Positions 39,271 through 51,852 of a DNA stretch of 64,000 bases are shown in pieces. The notes below the pieces were generated by a model. The model saw only the letters and a program-made list of their open reading frames with translations, was not told the DNA's origin and did no database searches. Each line of letters starts with the position of its first letter. Within the stretch, counting starts at the first letter, position 1. Made by a program: the position numbers and the translations under genes. This DNA comes from Mobula hypostoma (taxonomy: Eukaryota), in assembly GCF_963921235.1 (NCBI RefSeq), contig NC_086097.1, positions 229,030,001 to 229,094,000 of the forward strand. Reading direction: 5' to 3'.

Positions 39271-40423
39271 ATACATAAGAACATAAGAAATAGGAGCAGG
39301 ATTAGGCCATCTGGCCCATTGAGTCTGCCCCGCCATTCAATAAGATCATGGCTGATCTGTCCATAAACTCAGCTCCACCTACCTGCCTTTTCCCCATAAC
39401 CCTAAATTCCCTTACTATGTAAAAACCTATCTAACTGTTTCTTAAATATATTTAGTGAAGAAGCCTCCCTGGGCAGAGAACTCAACAGTTTCTCCTCATC
39501 TCCGTCCTAAATCTTCTCCCCTGAATTTTGAGGCAATGTCCCCTAGTTCTAGTCTCACCCACCAATGGAAACAACTTTACTACTTCTATCTTATCTATCC
39601 CTTTCAAATTTTTGTATGTTTCTATAAGATCCCCTCTCATTCTTCTGAACTCCAGAGAGTATAGTCCCAGGTGACTCAATCTCGTCTCATAGGATAACCC
39701 CTTCATCCCTGGAATCAACCTGGTGAAACTCGTCTGCACTGCCTCCAAAGCCGGTATATCCTTCCTCAAGTATGGAGACCAGAACTGCACACAGTACTCC
39801 AGGTGCGGCCTCACCAGTATCTTGTATAGTTGCAGTGTGACCTCCCTGTTCTCGAATTCAATCCCTCTAGCAATGAAGGCCAACATTCCATTTGCCTTCT
39901 TAATAACCTGTTGTACCTGCAAGCGAACTTTTTGCGATTCATGCACAAGCACTCCCAAGTCCCTCTGCACAACAGCTTGCTGCAATCTTTCACCATTTAA
40001 ATAATAATCTGCTCTTCTATTATTCCTTCCACAGTGGATGATCTCACATTTACCAACATTGTATTCCATCTGCCAGACCATGGCCCACTCAGTTAACCTA
40101 TCTATATCCCTCTGCAGACGCCCCACATCCTCTGTACAATTTGCTTTTCCACTCAGTTTAGTGTCATCAGCAAATTTTGCTATGCTACACTCAGTCCCCT
40201 CTTCCAAATCATCAATGTAAATGGTAAACAGCTGCAGGCCCAGCACCAACCCCTGCGGCACCCCACTTACCACTGACTGCCAACTGGAGAAACACCCATT
40301 TATACCAACTCTCTGCCTTCTATCTGTTAACCAATCCACTATCCAAGCCAATAGACTTCCTCCGACTCCACGCATCTGTATCTATTAGTCTCTTGTGCTG
40401 CACCTTATCAAATGCCTTCTGGA
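39271..40423 (-). mobile_element. Young CR1 LINE 3' copy with uninterrupted 297-aa RT fragment
   Basis: ORF 39482-40375: SGVPQGLVLG, YIDDL, KFADDTKL, RPHLEYCVQFWSPY; (TTCTTATG)n tail. Confidence 0.95.
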
Positions 40424-41185
40424 AAGGTCACCTGGACCAATGGACTACACCAGGGTTCTGAAAGAGGTAGCTGAAGAGATCGTGGAGGCATTAGGAGTGA
40501 ACTTTCAAGAATTACTAGATTCTGAAATAGTTCCCTATACTGGAATATTGCGAATGTCTCCTCTTCTTAAAAAGCGAGGGAGGCAGAAAAAGGATATTAT
40601 ATACTAGTTAGCCTGACTTCAGTGGTTGGCAAGATGTTGGTAGAAGGAGTAAAAGGTGTAGACTATTTTCCAAATGGGGAGGAAATTCAAAAGTCAGAGG
40701 TGCAAAGGGACTTGGGGGTTCTTGTGCAGGATTCCTAAAGATCAACTTGCACGGTAAGGAAGGCAAATGTAATATTAGCATTAATTGTGAGAGGGTTAAA
40801 ATATAAAAGCAAAGGATGTAATGCTGAGGCTTTATAAGGCATTGGTCATCCCACACTTCGAGTATTGTGCTTAGCGTTGGGCCCCATATATAGGAAAGGA
40901 TGTGCTGGCATTGGAGGGAGTCCAGAGGAGGTTCATAAGAATGATTCCAGGAATGAAAGAGTTAAGTATGATGCGCACTTGATGGCTCTAGGCCTGTACT
41001 CACAGGAGTTTAGAAGAATGGGGGCGGGGTGGATCTCACTGAAACATATTGAATATTGAAAGGCCTAGATAGAGTTGATGTGAAGACGATATTTGCTATT
41101 GTGGGCAAGTCTAGACCCAGAATAGAGGGAGATCCATTTAGAACAGAGATGAGGAGGAATTTCTTTAGCCAGACAATGGTGAATC

Positions 41186-42392
41186 AAAGGTTCAAAGGTT
41201 CATTTGTTATCTAAGTATGTGAGTCTGAAATTTCTTCTTCTCCAGACAGCCACGAAACCAAGAAAGAAAAGGACGACAGGACGATCATCAACATCCAAAT
41301 CCCTCCTCCCCGCACAAAAAAAACAAACAAAAATGAAACAGGCACGTCACGCATGAAATCCCCCACTCCACACATGAAAAAATGAGAAAAAATGGGTGAA
41401 AAACACAGAATGTAAAAAACCATAAGACTGAGAAAAAGTCTATAGTGCAAGTCCATATTCAAAATGCAGAAAACATGATTAACATTCTCCGGGCATAGCG
41501 GCAGGCCTTTCTCTCTCAGAAAAGGCAGTCTCCCTTCTCCAGTAGCAGAGTGATCCCCAGACCATCAAAATGCAGTCTCCTCTCTCTGGTAGCGAGCGAT
41601 CCCACCAACGATCAAAAGGCAATCTCCCCTCTCCGTAGCAGAGTGATCCCCAGACGATCAAAAGGTAGTCTCCCCCCTCCGGCAGCGAGCGATCCCACCA
41701 GCGATCAAAAGGCAGTCTCCCCTCTCCATAGCAGATCCCCCAACAATCAAAACGCAGTCTCCCCTGTCCGGTAGCCAAGCAGATCCCCCAACGATCAAAA
41801 GGCCGTCTCCTCTCTCTGGTAGCGAGCGATCCCACCAGCGATCAAAAGGCCGTCTCCTCTCTCTGGTAGTGAGCGATCCCACCAGCGATCAAAAGGCCGT
41901 CTCCTCTCTCTGGTAGTGAGCGATCCCACCAGCGATCAAAAGGCAGTCTCCCTTCTCCATAGCAGATCTCCCAATGTTCAAAAGGCAGACTCCCCTCTCC
42001 GGTAGCCGAGCGATCCCCCAACGATCAAAAGGTGGACAGCCTGTGCTCACCCTCCACATTTGCCTCGACATTTCAATCTCCCTCGTCACTTTAATCGGCG
42101 AAATGGAGTCGAACATGGACTCACGACACCCCCCACCCCCACCAGAGCCTTCTCACCACAAAGTTCACACACACTGTCCCTGCCTCCCAGAATCCTCTCG
42201 GAGACTGCAGAGTGCTAAAACACCCAAACAATCTTCAAACTGCAAACCACAGGCTCCAACAGCTCCAGAATCACATTCAAGACAAAAAACAAACATAAAA
42301 TACATTAAAAAAGTGAAATATATGGTTTCATGATCTATCCAGAAGATGTTGACTGAAGGAGCGTTGTACACAGGCGCCATCTTGACCGGAAA
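41186..42392 (-). mobile_element. Non-coding retroelement with YY1-like 5' end and internal minisatellite
   Basis: Minus strand begins TTCCGGTCAAGATGGCGCC and ends in a (TGAACCTT)n tail; TSD AATC (41182-41185, 42393-42396). Confidence 0.75.
41519..42031. repeat. Minisatellite, about 11 units of 42-48 bp
   Basis: Consensus AAAAGGCAGTCTCCYCTCTCYGGTAGCGAGCGATCCCACCARCGATC. Confidence 0.95.
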
Positions 42393-42744
42393 AATCTGCA
42401 GAATTCATTACCACAAATGGGTGTGGAGGCCAAGTCATTGGGTATATTTAAAGTGGAGTTTAATAGGTTCTTGATTAGTCAGGGCATTAAAGGTTATGGG
42501 GAGAAGGCAGGAGAATGGGGTTGAAAGGGATCAATCATGATGGAATGGCGGAATAGACTTGATGGACTGGATGGACTAAGTTTACTGTCTAATGGTCAAA
42601 CCCTTGCTCACCAAACCTGAAAATAAATGCAAAAAAAGTCTTCTTTCTTTAAGAACATACAACTGAAAATCCAATGGATTTCACATTTTATAAATTGCTG
42701 AAAAGACAGAAGAAAATTGAACACACAGAATTCTCACTAACGTA

Positions 42745-43219
42745 CATTCAGTGGCCACATTAATAGGTACACCTGTACATCTGCTTGTAGATGCAACTCA
42801 ATACATAATAGCATGGAGACATGGTCAAGAGCATGTGATCGAAATTACTTTGACTGTGGAATGAATGTTGGTGCCAGACAGGGTGGTTTGAGTATCTCAG
42901 AAACCATTGATCTCCTGGGATTTTCACACACTGTAGTCTCTAGAGTTGACAGAGAATGGGATGAAAAACAAAAAAAAACATTTAGTGAGCAGCAGTTCTG
43001 TGGGCAAAAATGCCTCGTTAACGAGAGAGATCAGAGAAAGGCCAGACTGGTTCAAGGTGACGGAAGGCAACAGTAACTCAGACAACCACGCTCTACAATA
43101 GTGGAGTGTAGAAGAGCATCTCTGAACACACAACACTTGGAACCTTGACGTGGATAGGCTACAGGAGCAGAAGAACACACCGTATTGAAAGGTGTATCTA
43201 ATAAAGCAGCCACTGAGTG
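42745..43219 (+). mobile_element. Tc1-like deletion derivative
   Basis: TIRs CATTCAGTGGCCACATTAATAGGTACACC / GGTGTATCTAATAAAGCAGCCACTGAGTG; HTH remnant FDCGMNVGARQGGLSISETIDLLGFSHTVVSRV. Confidence 0.85.
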
Positions 43220-43544
43220 AAAATTTCTCCCAATGCAGAGACGTATCTTCTGTGAGTGCCTTTTCAGCTATTCATAAAAATGGAAAGTCCATCAGTTTTG
43301 TAGTGCTAAAGTACATATTAAAACACTGTAAAGATCAAAGGAAAAACGTGTTTCTGTTACACAGTAGTCTCGACGCCAGTTTCACCTACATTCCCAGCCA
43401 TGGTCTCAAATTGAAGCTTACAGAAACCCACATCACCTTCAACACAAAGATGGCTTTCTTTCACTTCAGTGTTCCCGAAATATTCATCTGCATCCTTGTC
43501 ACCCCCAGATACAACTATTCCAATTCTATCCTGGCCCGCTACCT

Positions 43545-43765
43545 TGGGCGACACAGTAGTGTAGCAGTTAGCATAACACTATTACGGTGGCAATAATCCA
43601 GGTTCAGTTCTCACTGCTGTGTAAGGAGTTTGTACGTTCTTCCCGTGACCAGTGGGCTTGCTCTGGTTTCCCCTCACTTTCCAAAAACGTAGATTCATTG
43701 GTCACCCGAGAGTAACAGGCACAAACTCATTGGGCCTGTTACCATGCTGTATCTCCAAATAAAAT
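43545..43765 (+). mobile_element. V-SINE-like element
   Basis: tRNA-like head, GTAAGGAGTTTGTACGTTCT central motif, GGGCCTGTTACCATGCTGTATCTC tail. Confidence 0.6.
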
Positions 43766-45219
43766 CTTTAAATTTGAACTTCTCACTTTCCTGTAGCCTT
43801 GTTCTTTATTTAAACTTATTCTGACCCCAAAGCCCTCTGAGTACTGATACGCCATAGCTGTTTTCCATTAACTAAGGGATGAATCAATACTTCACATCTG
43901 CAACAGGAAAAGAATTGGTAAATTAATTTCCTCTTCACTAAGTTTAAAGTTTGCCTCAACTACAGACTTGCACCAGTGGCTTTGGATGCTACGCCCAATG
44001 CCTCAGTTTTCTGCAGATATTGAAAACATGTTAAACCTCAACAAAAACTTCAGAAGGAAAACGTCGCCTCTAATTAGTTTTCGTTGTGGCAATTCTATTC
44101 GAAGTGAAGGCCACAAAAAACAGCAGAATTAAAAATAACAAAATTAATTACTCAAGATTAGAGAAAGGATTGACAACACTGCACACAAGGAAGACGGCTC
44201 AAATTTAATTTCATCACAGAGGCAGATTGCCTTTGCAGTCTTGAGGTTAGTTGCACTAAACATCATTTCATTTGCTGTGATCTTCCTGCTAGCCTCAACA
44301 TTCTTTCCCAGGCAGAAACAAAGCCGCCTGGTGCAGTGAGTGCCATACACCCCCAGTTTCACATTTCTTTCAGGACCAGAACCTGCTTCGCCTTTTCCTT
44401 TCCGTTAGCTGAATTTTTAGCCTGAATCAGTCAGCCGCTGCCATCTGGCATTTTTATTTCCGTACATCGCCTTTGCAGCTGATCAGTACCAAGAAACTAG
44501 AGCAATGTTCTCATAAGAAGGATTTGTGCACATACCATACACAATAATTGACATCAGCAAATGTGGAAATAAAAGCTAGATTCCCGCAACAGGAATGGAC
44601 GCCCTGTCACATAAATCCCGCTTGTCTTTTATTTTGAATTACTGGAAGCCACAATAAAAATAGAATGATGTAGATGGAGGCAATTTAGTCCATTAGGCTG
44701 ATGCCAACTCTTTGAACAAGCTACTCATGTCTGATCCCACCCCTTCCTCTTTTCCATATCACCATGCAAACATTTTCCCACATTCCAGTTAGGGAAGATG
44801 GAATGAGATGGGACGGGATGGGAAAAAAGGGTGGATGTCTGTGAAAGAAATATGTAGTGTTACATATGGATTCCATTAAAAAGCTATTCAAATAATTCTG
44901 TTCTATTTTTTTCCCTATTCTTTCTTTGGAAGACCACAGAGGTGAAGTTCTCCAGATATGAGCAACCCTAAGATCATGTGATAAGAGAGGGGCTTTACTT
45001 TGTCACCGTCCAGGGTCTGGACATGCAGACTTCCAGCAAGGATCTAAAAAACAAATTTCGCAATTGGAAGAACTTGGGAGTTTCTCCTCATTAATCCTAC
45101 CCTCCCATATACTTCTGATTATTAGTTTCTATACCTCACAACTGATTTTTAATCTTGGATAAAGCTAAAACACAGTTACAAGCAAATTACCAGATCAAAC
45201 CAACATGGCGTTCAATTCA

Positions 45220-45655
45220 ACATGCTGCAGAGAGTTGTAAGTTTAGTCAGCTCCATCATGGGCACCACCCTCCATAGTATCCTGGACATCTTCAAGCAGC
45301 AGTGACTCAGAAAGGTGGCGTCCATCATTAAGGACCCCCACCACCCAGGACATGCCCTCTTCTCATTGCTACCATCAGGAAGGAGGTACAGGAGCCTGAA
45401 GGCACACACTCAGTGATTCAGGAACAGCTTCCTCCCCTCTGCCATCAGAATTCTGAATCAACATTGAAACTATGAACACTACCTCACTATTTTTTAAAAT
45501 TTCCATTTTATTGCACTATTTATTTAATTTAAATATTTAATATATATACTTACTGTAATTCAGTTTTCTTTTTCTATTACTATGCATTGCATTGTACCAC
45601 TGCTGCAGAGTTAACAAATTTCACGACATATGCCAGTGATATTAAACCTGATTCT
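45220..45655 (+). mobile_element. Rex1/Babar LINE 3' end
   Basis: SIIKDPHHPGHALFSLLPSGRRYRSL-type sequence plus 3' UTR. Confidence 0.8.
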
Positions 45656-45729
45656 CATTTCCCAGAGTTATTTCAATGATATTCTCCAGTGTGCAATTTC
45701 CTGATCCATAGCTGAACATCATCCAGTTC

Positions 45730-45880
45730 AGAAGAACAATGTATCCTCCTCATTTCCCCATCTTTTGACAGGAACAGAGTTATCTGGCAAGTTCTTATTC
45801 TTTCGACAACATCATTAAAATGAAAAACAATCTGGCCATTATCACATTGCTAATTGTGGGAGCTCTGTGTTTGCAAAGAT
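45730..45880 (+). mobile_element. Deu-domain SINE relic (SacSINE1/AmnSINE1 superfamily)
   Basis: CTGGCCATTATCACATTGCTAATTGTGGGAGCT resembles the Deu core as I recall it. Confidence 0.55.
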
Positions 45881-46809
45881 GTATTTGTACTCACATCATG
45901 TGATGTGACGATGCCCCAGCTTCTGGCTCTGTGAATGTGGCAAGTGTTGTAAGTTGCGAAACCTTCAACCCTTGCATTTCAACCTGGCACGTTTCCCTCG
46001 CCTCTTCATACTTCAGTCTGAACACCCCACCCACAGTAAAGTTGAAAGTCCTTCTCCACTCTGGTACACTTACTCACTTCCTACTTCACTCGTAGCTAAC
46101 AAACATAGGGCCTCATCCTTTCTCAGTTCTTGCTGGTGGTCACTTCCCGTCCCTGGTGATTACTCACAATCCGCTAATCTCATTTAGAAAAGAGCGACAT
46201 CATATTCTTATCAGAAATTCTTTCACTTCTGTCAGTGCTGCTGCTAGTGAAAAGAATTCTTCTCGACCTTCGATAACAACTGGAATTACTTCCTAACTAC
46301 AGACATTGTTGGAATGATACTGAAGAGTGGTGTAAGTTATCAGCAGCAAATGGTAACATATGTGTTGGATTATTCAAAGCAACGTTGAGGTTGCTTTGAC
46401 TATCTAATTCACTGTTATCACTTAATGGCCTCAATGTCTCTCAGAAGCCTGGTCAGGAAGTTTCTACCTGTCACACAGCTACTTGCTTCCCTATTATTGC
46501 TGAATGCTCCATGTTTTGTAGATTTCGTACAGCATCCCCACTACCACTAGACTCACCAGACCCCAGTGCTTCATTCTCAGTTACCAAAGTCAAAAGTCAA
46601 AGTCAAAGTAAATTTTATTATCAAACTACATATACGTCACCATATACAAGCCTGAGATTCATTTTCCTGTGGGCATACTCAGCAAATCTACAGAATAGTA
46701 ACTATACCAGGATCAATGAACGATCAACCAGAGTACAGAAGACAACAAACTGTGTAAATGCAAATGTAAATAAATAGCAATAAATAACAACAGCATGAGA
46801 TGAGATAGT

Positions 46810-47120
46810 ACATAGAACATAGAATAGTACAGCACAGTACAGGCCCTTCAGCCCACCATGTTGTGCTGACCCTCAAACTCTGTCTCCCATATAAGCCCCC
46901 ACCTTAAATTCCTCCATATACCTGTCTAGTGGTCTCTTAAACTTCACCAGTGTATCTGCCTCCACCACTGACTCAGGCAGTGCATTCCACGCACCAACCA
47001 CTCTCTGAGTAAAAAACCTTCCTCTAATATCCCCCTTGAACTTCCCACCCCTTACCTTAAAGCCATGTCCTCTTGTATTGAGCAGTGGTGCCCTGGGGAA
47101 GAGGCGCTGGCTCACTCCCT
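46810..47120 (-). mobile_element. CR1 LINE 3' end
   Basis: NTRGHGFKVRGGKFKGDIRGRFFTQRVVGAWNALP. Confidence 0.85.
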
Positions 47121-48264
47121 TGTACTTAAATTTTAAACACACAACATATTAACTTGCAGATTGCGAGCAAAATGACCAAAACTGCACATCTTTATATCAC
47201 TTAAAATGCACTTTCCTATATGTTATGACCTCCCACTACCTGCTAATGACTTTACAACAGGAGATTTCTCATTTGAACCATTTTAAATCACTAGAACTAA
47301 AAATTTCTCTTGCAAGTTTCATTCTGTTTAAATGTTACGCCATTGAGTAATTGGGATGGTTTTTACACAAAACAGCCACATACCACATATTGCAAGTAAT
47401 GCAAAACGTTGACGGCACTTCTGTACTCATGCACACAGTACAGAGAGTGAGACAGTTGGGTGCAGCATGGCAGGTATGGGCCAAATCGAGGTGGAAGGGC
47501 CCAAGCCCGGGAGACCAGGAAATGAGCCAACGTTTGGCCTATGCTGGAGCAGATTTGGAGATGACTCGATGCAGCAGAAGTGAGACAAGGCAAGCGGAGG
47601 CGAGGCAGAGTCGAGGCAGCGGGGCCCAGCCCCGAGGTCAAGGAATGACCCGCTGTTGGGTTGATTTAAGTGCCAGGCCAGATCGGAAAGGTTGGGTACA
47701 GGCCAAATTGAGATGGCGGGGCCTGGGTCCAAGAATGCAAAAGGCCATTTAAGCATCGGGCCATATTGAAAAAGTCAGATGTACGTTACCAGCATTCAGC
47801 TCAATGCTCCACAATGTTTACTCATCGCTGGGCTGAATTGAGGCAACTAACAGACTCTTGGATCGGCTACAAAGATTATTGGCTTCGTGGTTGCAGTCTC
47901 AATCTCATAAACTTCAGTTCTGAATGTTATTTGCTTGCTTTAATTGTTTGTAAAATTTGTTTTTTGTCTGCACATTGAGTGTTTGACATGTCTTTTTTTA
48001 ATTGGTTCTATTGGGTCTCTTTATTTTTTGGCTGCCTATAGAGAGACGAATCTCAAAGTTATATATTGTATACATACTTCGATAATAAATCTACTTTGAA
48101 GCCTGCATAAAACTCATTTGCAACTGTTCCATTTCAATTTTTTCATTCAGGCCTGACAAAATTTGGTGTTCTTGGCTATTTAAAACAAAACCACAGAAGC
48201 AGAATCAATATTTGATCTTGATAATGTGCAAATAATTGTATATGTAAATGTAGTAGTATGTATC

Positions 48265-48930
48265 ACAGAAGATTGGTCTGCAGGTGCAGCAGGCTTTCAA
48301 GAGGGATTGAATATGACAGCAGGGAGGTTATGCTGCAACTGTACAGGGTACTGGTGAGGCCACATCTGAAGTACTGTGTGCAGTTCTGGTCTCTTTACTT
48401 GAAGAAGAATTTGGAGGTGGTGCAGAGGAGGTTCACCAGGTTGATTCCAGAGATTGTAGTGGGGGTTAGACTATGAGGAGAGATTCAGTCACCTGGGATC
48501 ATACTCGCTGGAATTTAGTAGAATGGAAGGAGATCTTATAGAAACATATAAAATTATGAAAGGGATAGATAAGATAGAGGCAGGAAAGTTGTTTCTACTG
48601 ATAGGTGAGAGTAGAACTAGGGGACATAGCCTCAAGATTTGGGGGAGTAGATTTAGGACAGAGATGAGGAGGAACTGCTTTTCCCAGAGAGTGGTGAATC
48701 TGTGGAATTCTCTGCCCAATGAAGCAGTGGAGGCTACCTCAGTAAATATATTTAAAACAAGGTTGAATAGATTTTTGCATAGTAGGTGAATTAAGGGTTA
48801 TTGGGAAAGGCAGGTAGGTGGAGATAAGTCCTTGGCAAGATCAGCCATGATGTTATTGAACGGCGGAGCAGCTCAACGGGCCTGATGGCCGACTCCTGCT
48901 CCTAATTCTTATGTTCCTATGTTCTTATGT
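48265..48930 (+). mobile_element. CR1 LINE 3' end
   Basis: [36 protein letters not shown]; (TTCTTATG)n tail. Confidence 0.9.
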
Positions 48931-48934
48931 ACAT

Positions 48935-49128
48935 CACAGTGGTGTAGTGGCGTTGTACAGGACTCTGGGCGAGTGGTCCTGGGTTCAAATCTGGCTGGCT
49001 CATTGTACGCTTTCCATCCATGCTGGGTTGAACGTCGAGCTAACAACTCGGCCTTGTAAAAAAATAGACAAATGCTAAACGGCAAGGTTGCCACCTAATG
49101 CGCCACAAGGTGCGGAGAGGAACAAAAA
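48935..49128 (+). mobile_element. tRNA-headed SINE
   Basis: TGGTGTAGTGG A-box, GGTTCAAATC B-box, A-rich tail. Confidence 0.55.
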
Positions 49129-49220
49129 AAATGTTGCACGCTTAATATTTGATACTGGCAAGGAGATTAATCAATTAGAAAGATTTTTAAAAGTTTTCTT
49201 TTCAGGACTCCTATTATATC

Positions 49221-50072
49221 TGTTACATACCTCAAGGAGACCTTGTGACTTTCTGGTGAGAATGATGTCATGGTCTTTTGGAGGTCACCTGATGTAATTT
49301 TCCCGCCGATGTGAGGTCACATGATGACATGTTCACCACGGGTATAGAAGGGAAGACCCCTGGTGACTCAGTTAGTTTTCCAGTTAGAACGTCAATGAGA
49401 TACTCCGCTCAGCTGCTTATTTGCATTATGATGCAGTTTTGATTTTAAACGGAGTTTTATGTTCTAATGTAAGGTACAGAAATCTGAGCTGGCAGTTTGG
49501 CAATCACTGCCAGGTTTGTTAATGTATCTTTTCAGTAACATTGGAGAGTGAAGACGGGACCCTGAAGGAGACATTCGACGGGTTTGGAAAGGATCGACCA
49601 TTATTGAATTCATTCAAGAAAGTCATCTGCATGAGACACCCTCTGCTACAAGTGGCAGAAAGGCTGTGCAGCATCTATTCTATGGAGGAGGAAGGTCAGT
49701 GCCTTTAAAACCATTTTATTTCCATCATCGTGAATCCTGTGGACAAGGCAGAATCCGACTGGGAGTGGCAATGATGTCATGTCTTTGTGGAATTCGTTAC
49801 TTCATGAAAGTCTCTCCTAATTGACTGTATAAATCTCTTGGACTTTAAAATTTACCATTCGAGCAACTGTGTTTGAATTTATCGCTTTAAGAACTGGTTT
49901 CGCATTTATCACTTTAAGAACTAGTACTGAGTAGCAGTTTACTGAATGCCCGTATAGCCGTTTACTTCCGGTTAGGGTTTTCATTTTTTTTCATTGTTTA
50001 TCAGGGTTTAATAAATGTTTGTTTGCTTATAAATCCTGACTCGATATATTCATTGTTGCCGATCATGTGACA
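49221..50072 (+). mobile_element. Solo LTR (852 bp), Gypsy/ERV-type
   Basis: TGTTACAT...ATGTGACA inverted termini; 4-bp TSD TATC (49217-49220, 50073-50076); AATAAA at about 50010. Confidence 0.85.
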
Positions 50073-51707
50073 TATCTAATTAAGAAAGAATATGGACCAC
50101 CAACATGCTGTATTCTGATATGTAATCAAACATTTGAGTTATTTTGCAAGCCTTTAAAGAAGTCTGAGTAAGAGCTCAGTATTATTCTATTATATTGCCT
50201 CTATCACTACTGCCTAAATAAGGGTCCTTTTTGAACAGGGAAGACTCTCTCCCTTAGGAGAGGAAGGAAGGTACTTTCACTGACGCTTTCCCAAAAACCT
50301 ATGAATGACGACATTTCATGAAAAGCAGTATGTCCAGATCCTAAGACTTTCTAAGGCAGTGGGGACAAGAATTTGTCATTTTCGAGCAATGTACCACTGC
50401 CTGGACTGCCCTGCTTGTCGATGGACCACAAGCACACTGAACCAAAGTCTCCATATCATTCCTGGCAATTACTGCCCAGCAAATTTACATGCTACAGTGT
50501 GTAAAACACCAATGCATTTGGCATGTCTTTGACGCTCCCTAGTCGTTTTCATCACCTCCCTCAATACACATTGGATGCTACAAACACAAGATTTGCAAAA
50601 ATTGCAGCTTCTCCAAAGACTATTGATTGCATTCAAACACCAGGCTCCCCATCGGAAACTTCGAGGATACTTTAAACAACAAGCTAAAATTCAGTACTAT
50701 TATGGTGCCTGACACACCTCAGCTGTTGCACCATATTGAGAGCTGGACTGGGCTCCTCACTGCTGGTGCTACAGAAGAGTTACAACCATCACAATCATAG
50801 ATTATCAGTAGTCTTGTTGAGAGAGTTCTCAGTTCTCAGAATGAAATTCGGGATCAGTTCACGGGGAGTCCAGTAGTAATCATCACAGGAATTTGCATAC
50901 TTGGACCAGGAGACAGAAGTCGTCCACTGATCTGTGGGACTTCCTGGTACTCTGTACCCAGACAGAAGCATTCTGTTATCCAATGTGCCATATCGCTTTG
51001 AAAGTTTGCGCTAATTACTACGACAACATGGTAATAACAATCTACTTTCACTGTGCAACACAGGTATTGGAGATCTGAGTGTGTGTCTGTTCCAGATGTC
51101 TGTTCTGCATTCTTCAGATATCTTAGAGAAGAGTAAGAAGTGATAGCTGTATGACATGCGTGTGTGGATTACTGCCACAGTAACAGCATTACTGTTTTAC
51201 CTCATTAATCTTCTCTTCAACACCAATGCCCTCATCTGAAAAGAACCATTCTCTTCCCAAGAGCTACCCACCAAAAGGCCATGCATTCATTGTTACCCAA
51301 CCCTGGACATTCCTGTCGACGTTTATGGGTAAAACATAGTGAAATGTGTAACTCGTGCAGCAAAGTTACAACAACTTGACCTGCAATTCCTTGAAGTGAC
51401 CGGCTTTGTTACATGATAGTCAAATGAATGAACTGTGTGGACATTTGTTCCACAAAATAAGTGAAAGCCTTGATTTGTTCAAACATTTAAATTCTGTCAG
51501 CTGAGCTACAAATACTTAAGAATTTACAAAGTGGACTAAGCTTCCAAATTACAGTTAATTCTCCTCTCGCTACTATCTCCATTCCAACTGTTCTTCATCA
51601 GAAGTCAATATTTGGGCCGAAGAAATAACTTGGGCATTGTACTTTAATGACCTGGAATTTAAAGGATGTGGTATGACATATAGCCAGTAAATAGCCCACG
51701 CAGCAAA

Positions 51708-51852
51708 TCTGCTGGTGAACGCAGCAGGCCAGACAGCATCTCTAGGAAGAGGTACAGTTGACGTTTCGGACCGAGACCCTGCTGCGTTCACCAGCAACTT
51801 TGATGTGTGTTGCTTGAATTTCCAGCATCTGCAGAATTCCTCCTGTTTGCGT
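51708..51852. mobile_element. PLE pLTR fragments in inverted junction
   Basis: GCTGGTGAACGCAGCAGG...CCTGCTGCGTTCACCAGC flanks a partial antisense hammerhead. Confidence 0.75.

Larger units (their letters stand above)
38690..42600 (+). mobile_element. Outer CR1 LINE split by two younger insertions
   Basis: CR1 sequence is colinear across 39270/40424 (..AGGTA|..GTCACCTGGACC) and across 41185/42393 (GGTGAATC|AATCTG). Confidence 0.85.

Noticed and set aside
41519..42031. CRISPR-like array
   Set aside because: The 'spacers' are variants of one another, the context is eukaryotic and no cas genes are present; it is a minisatellite.
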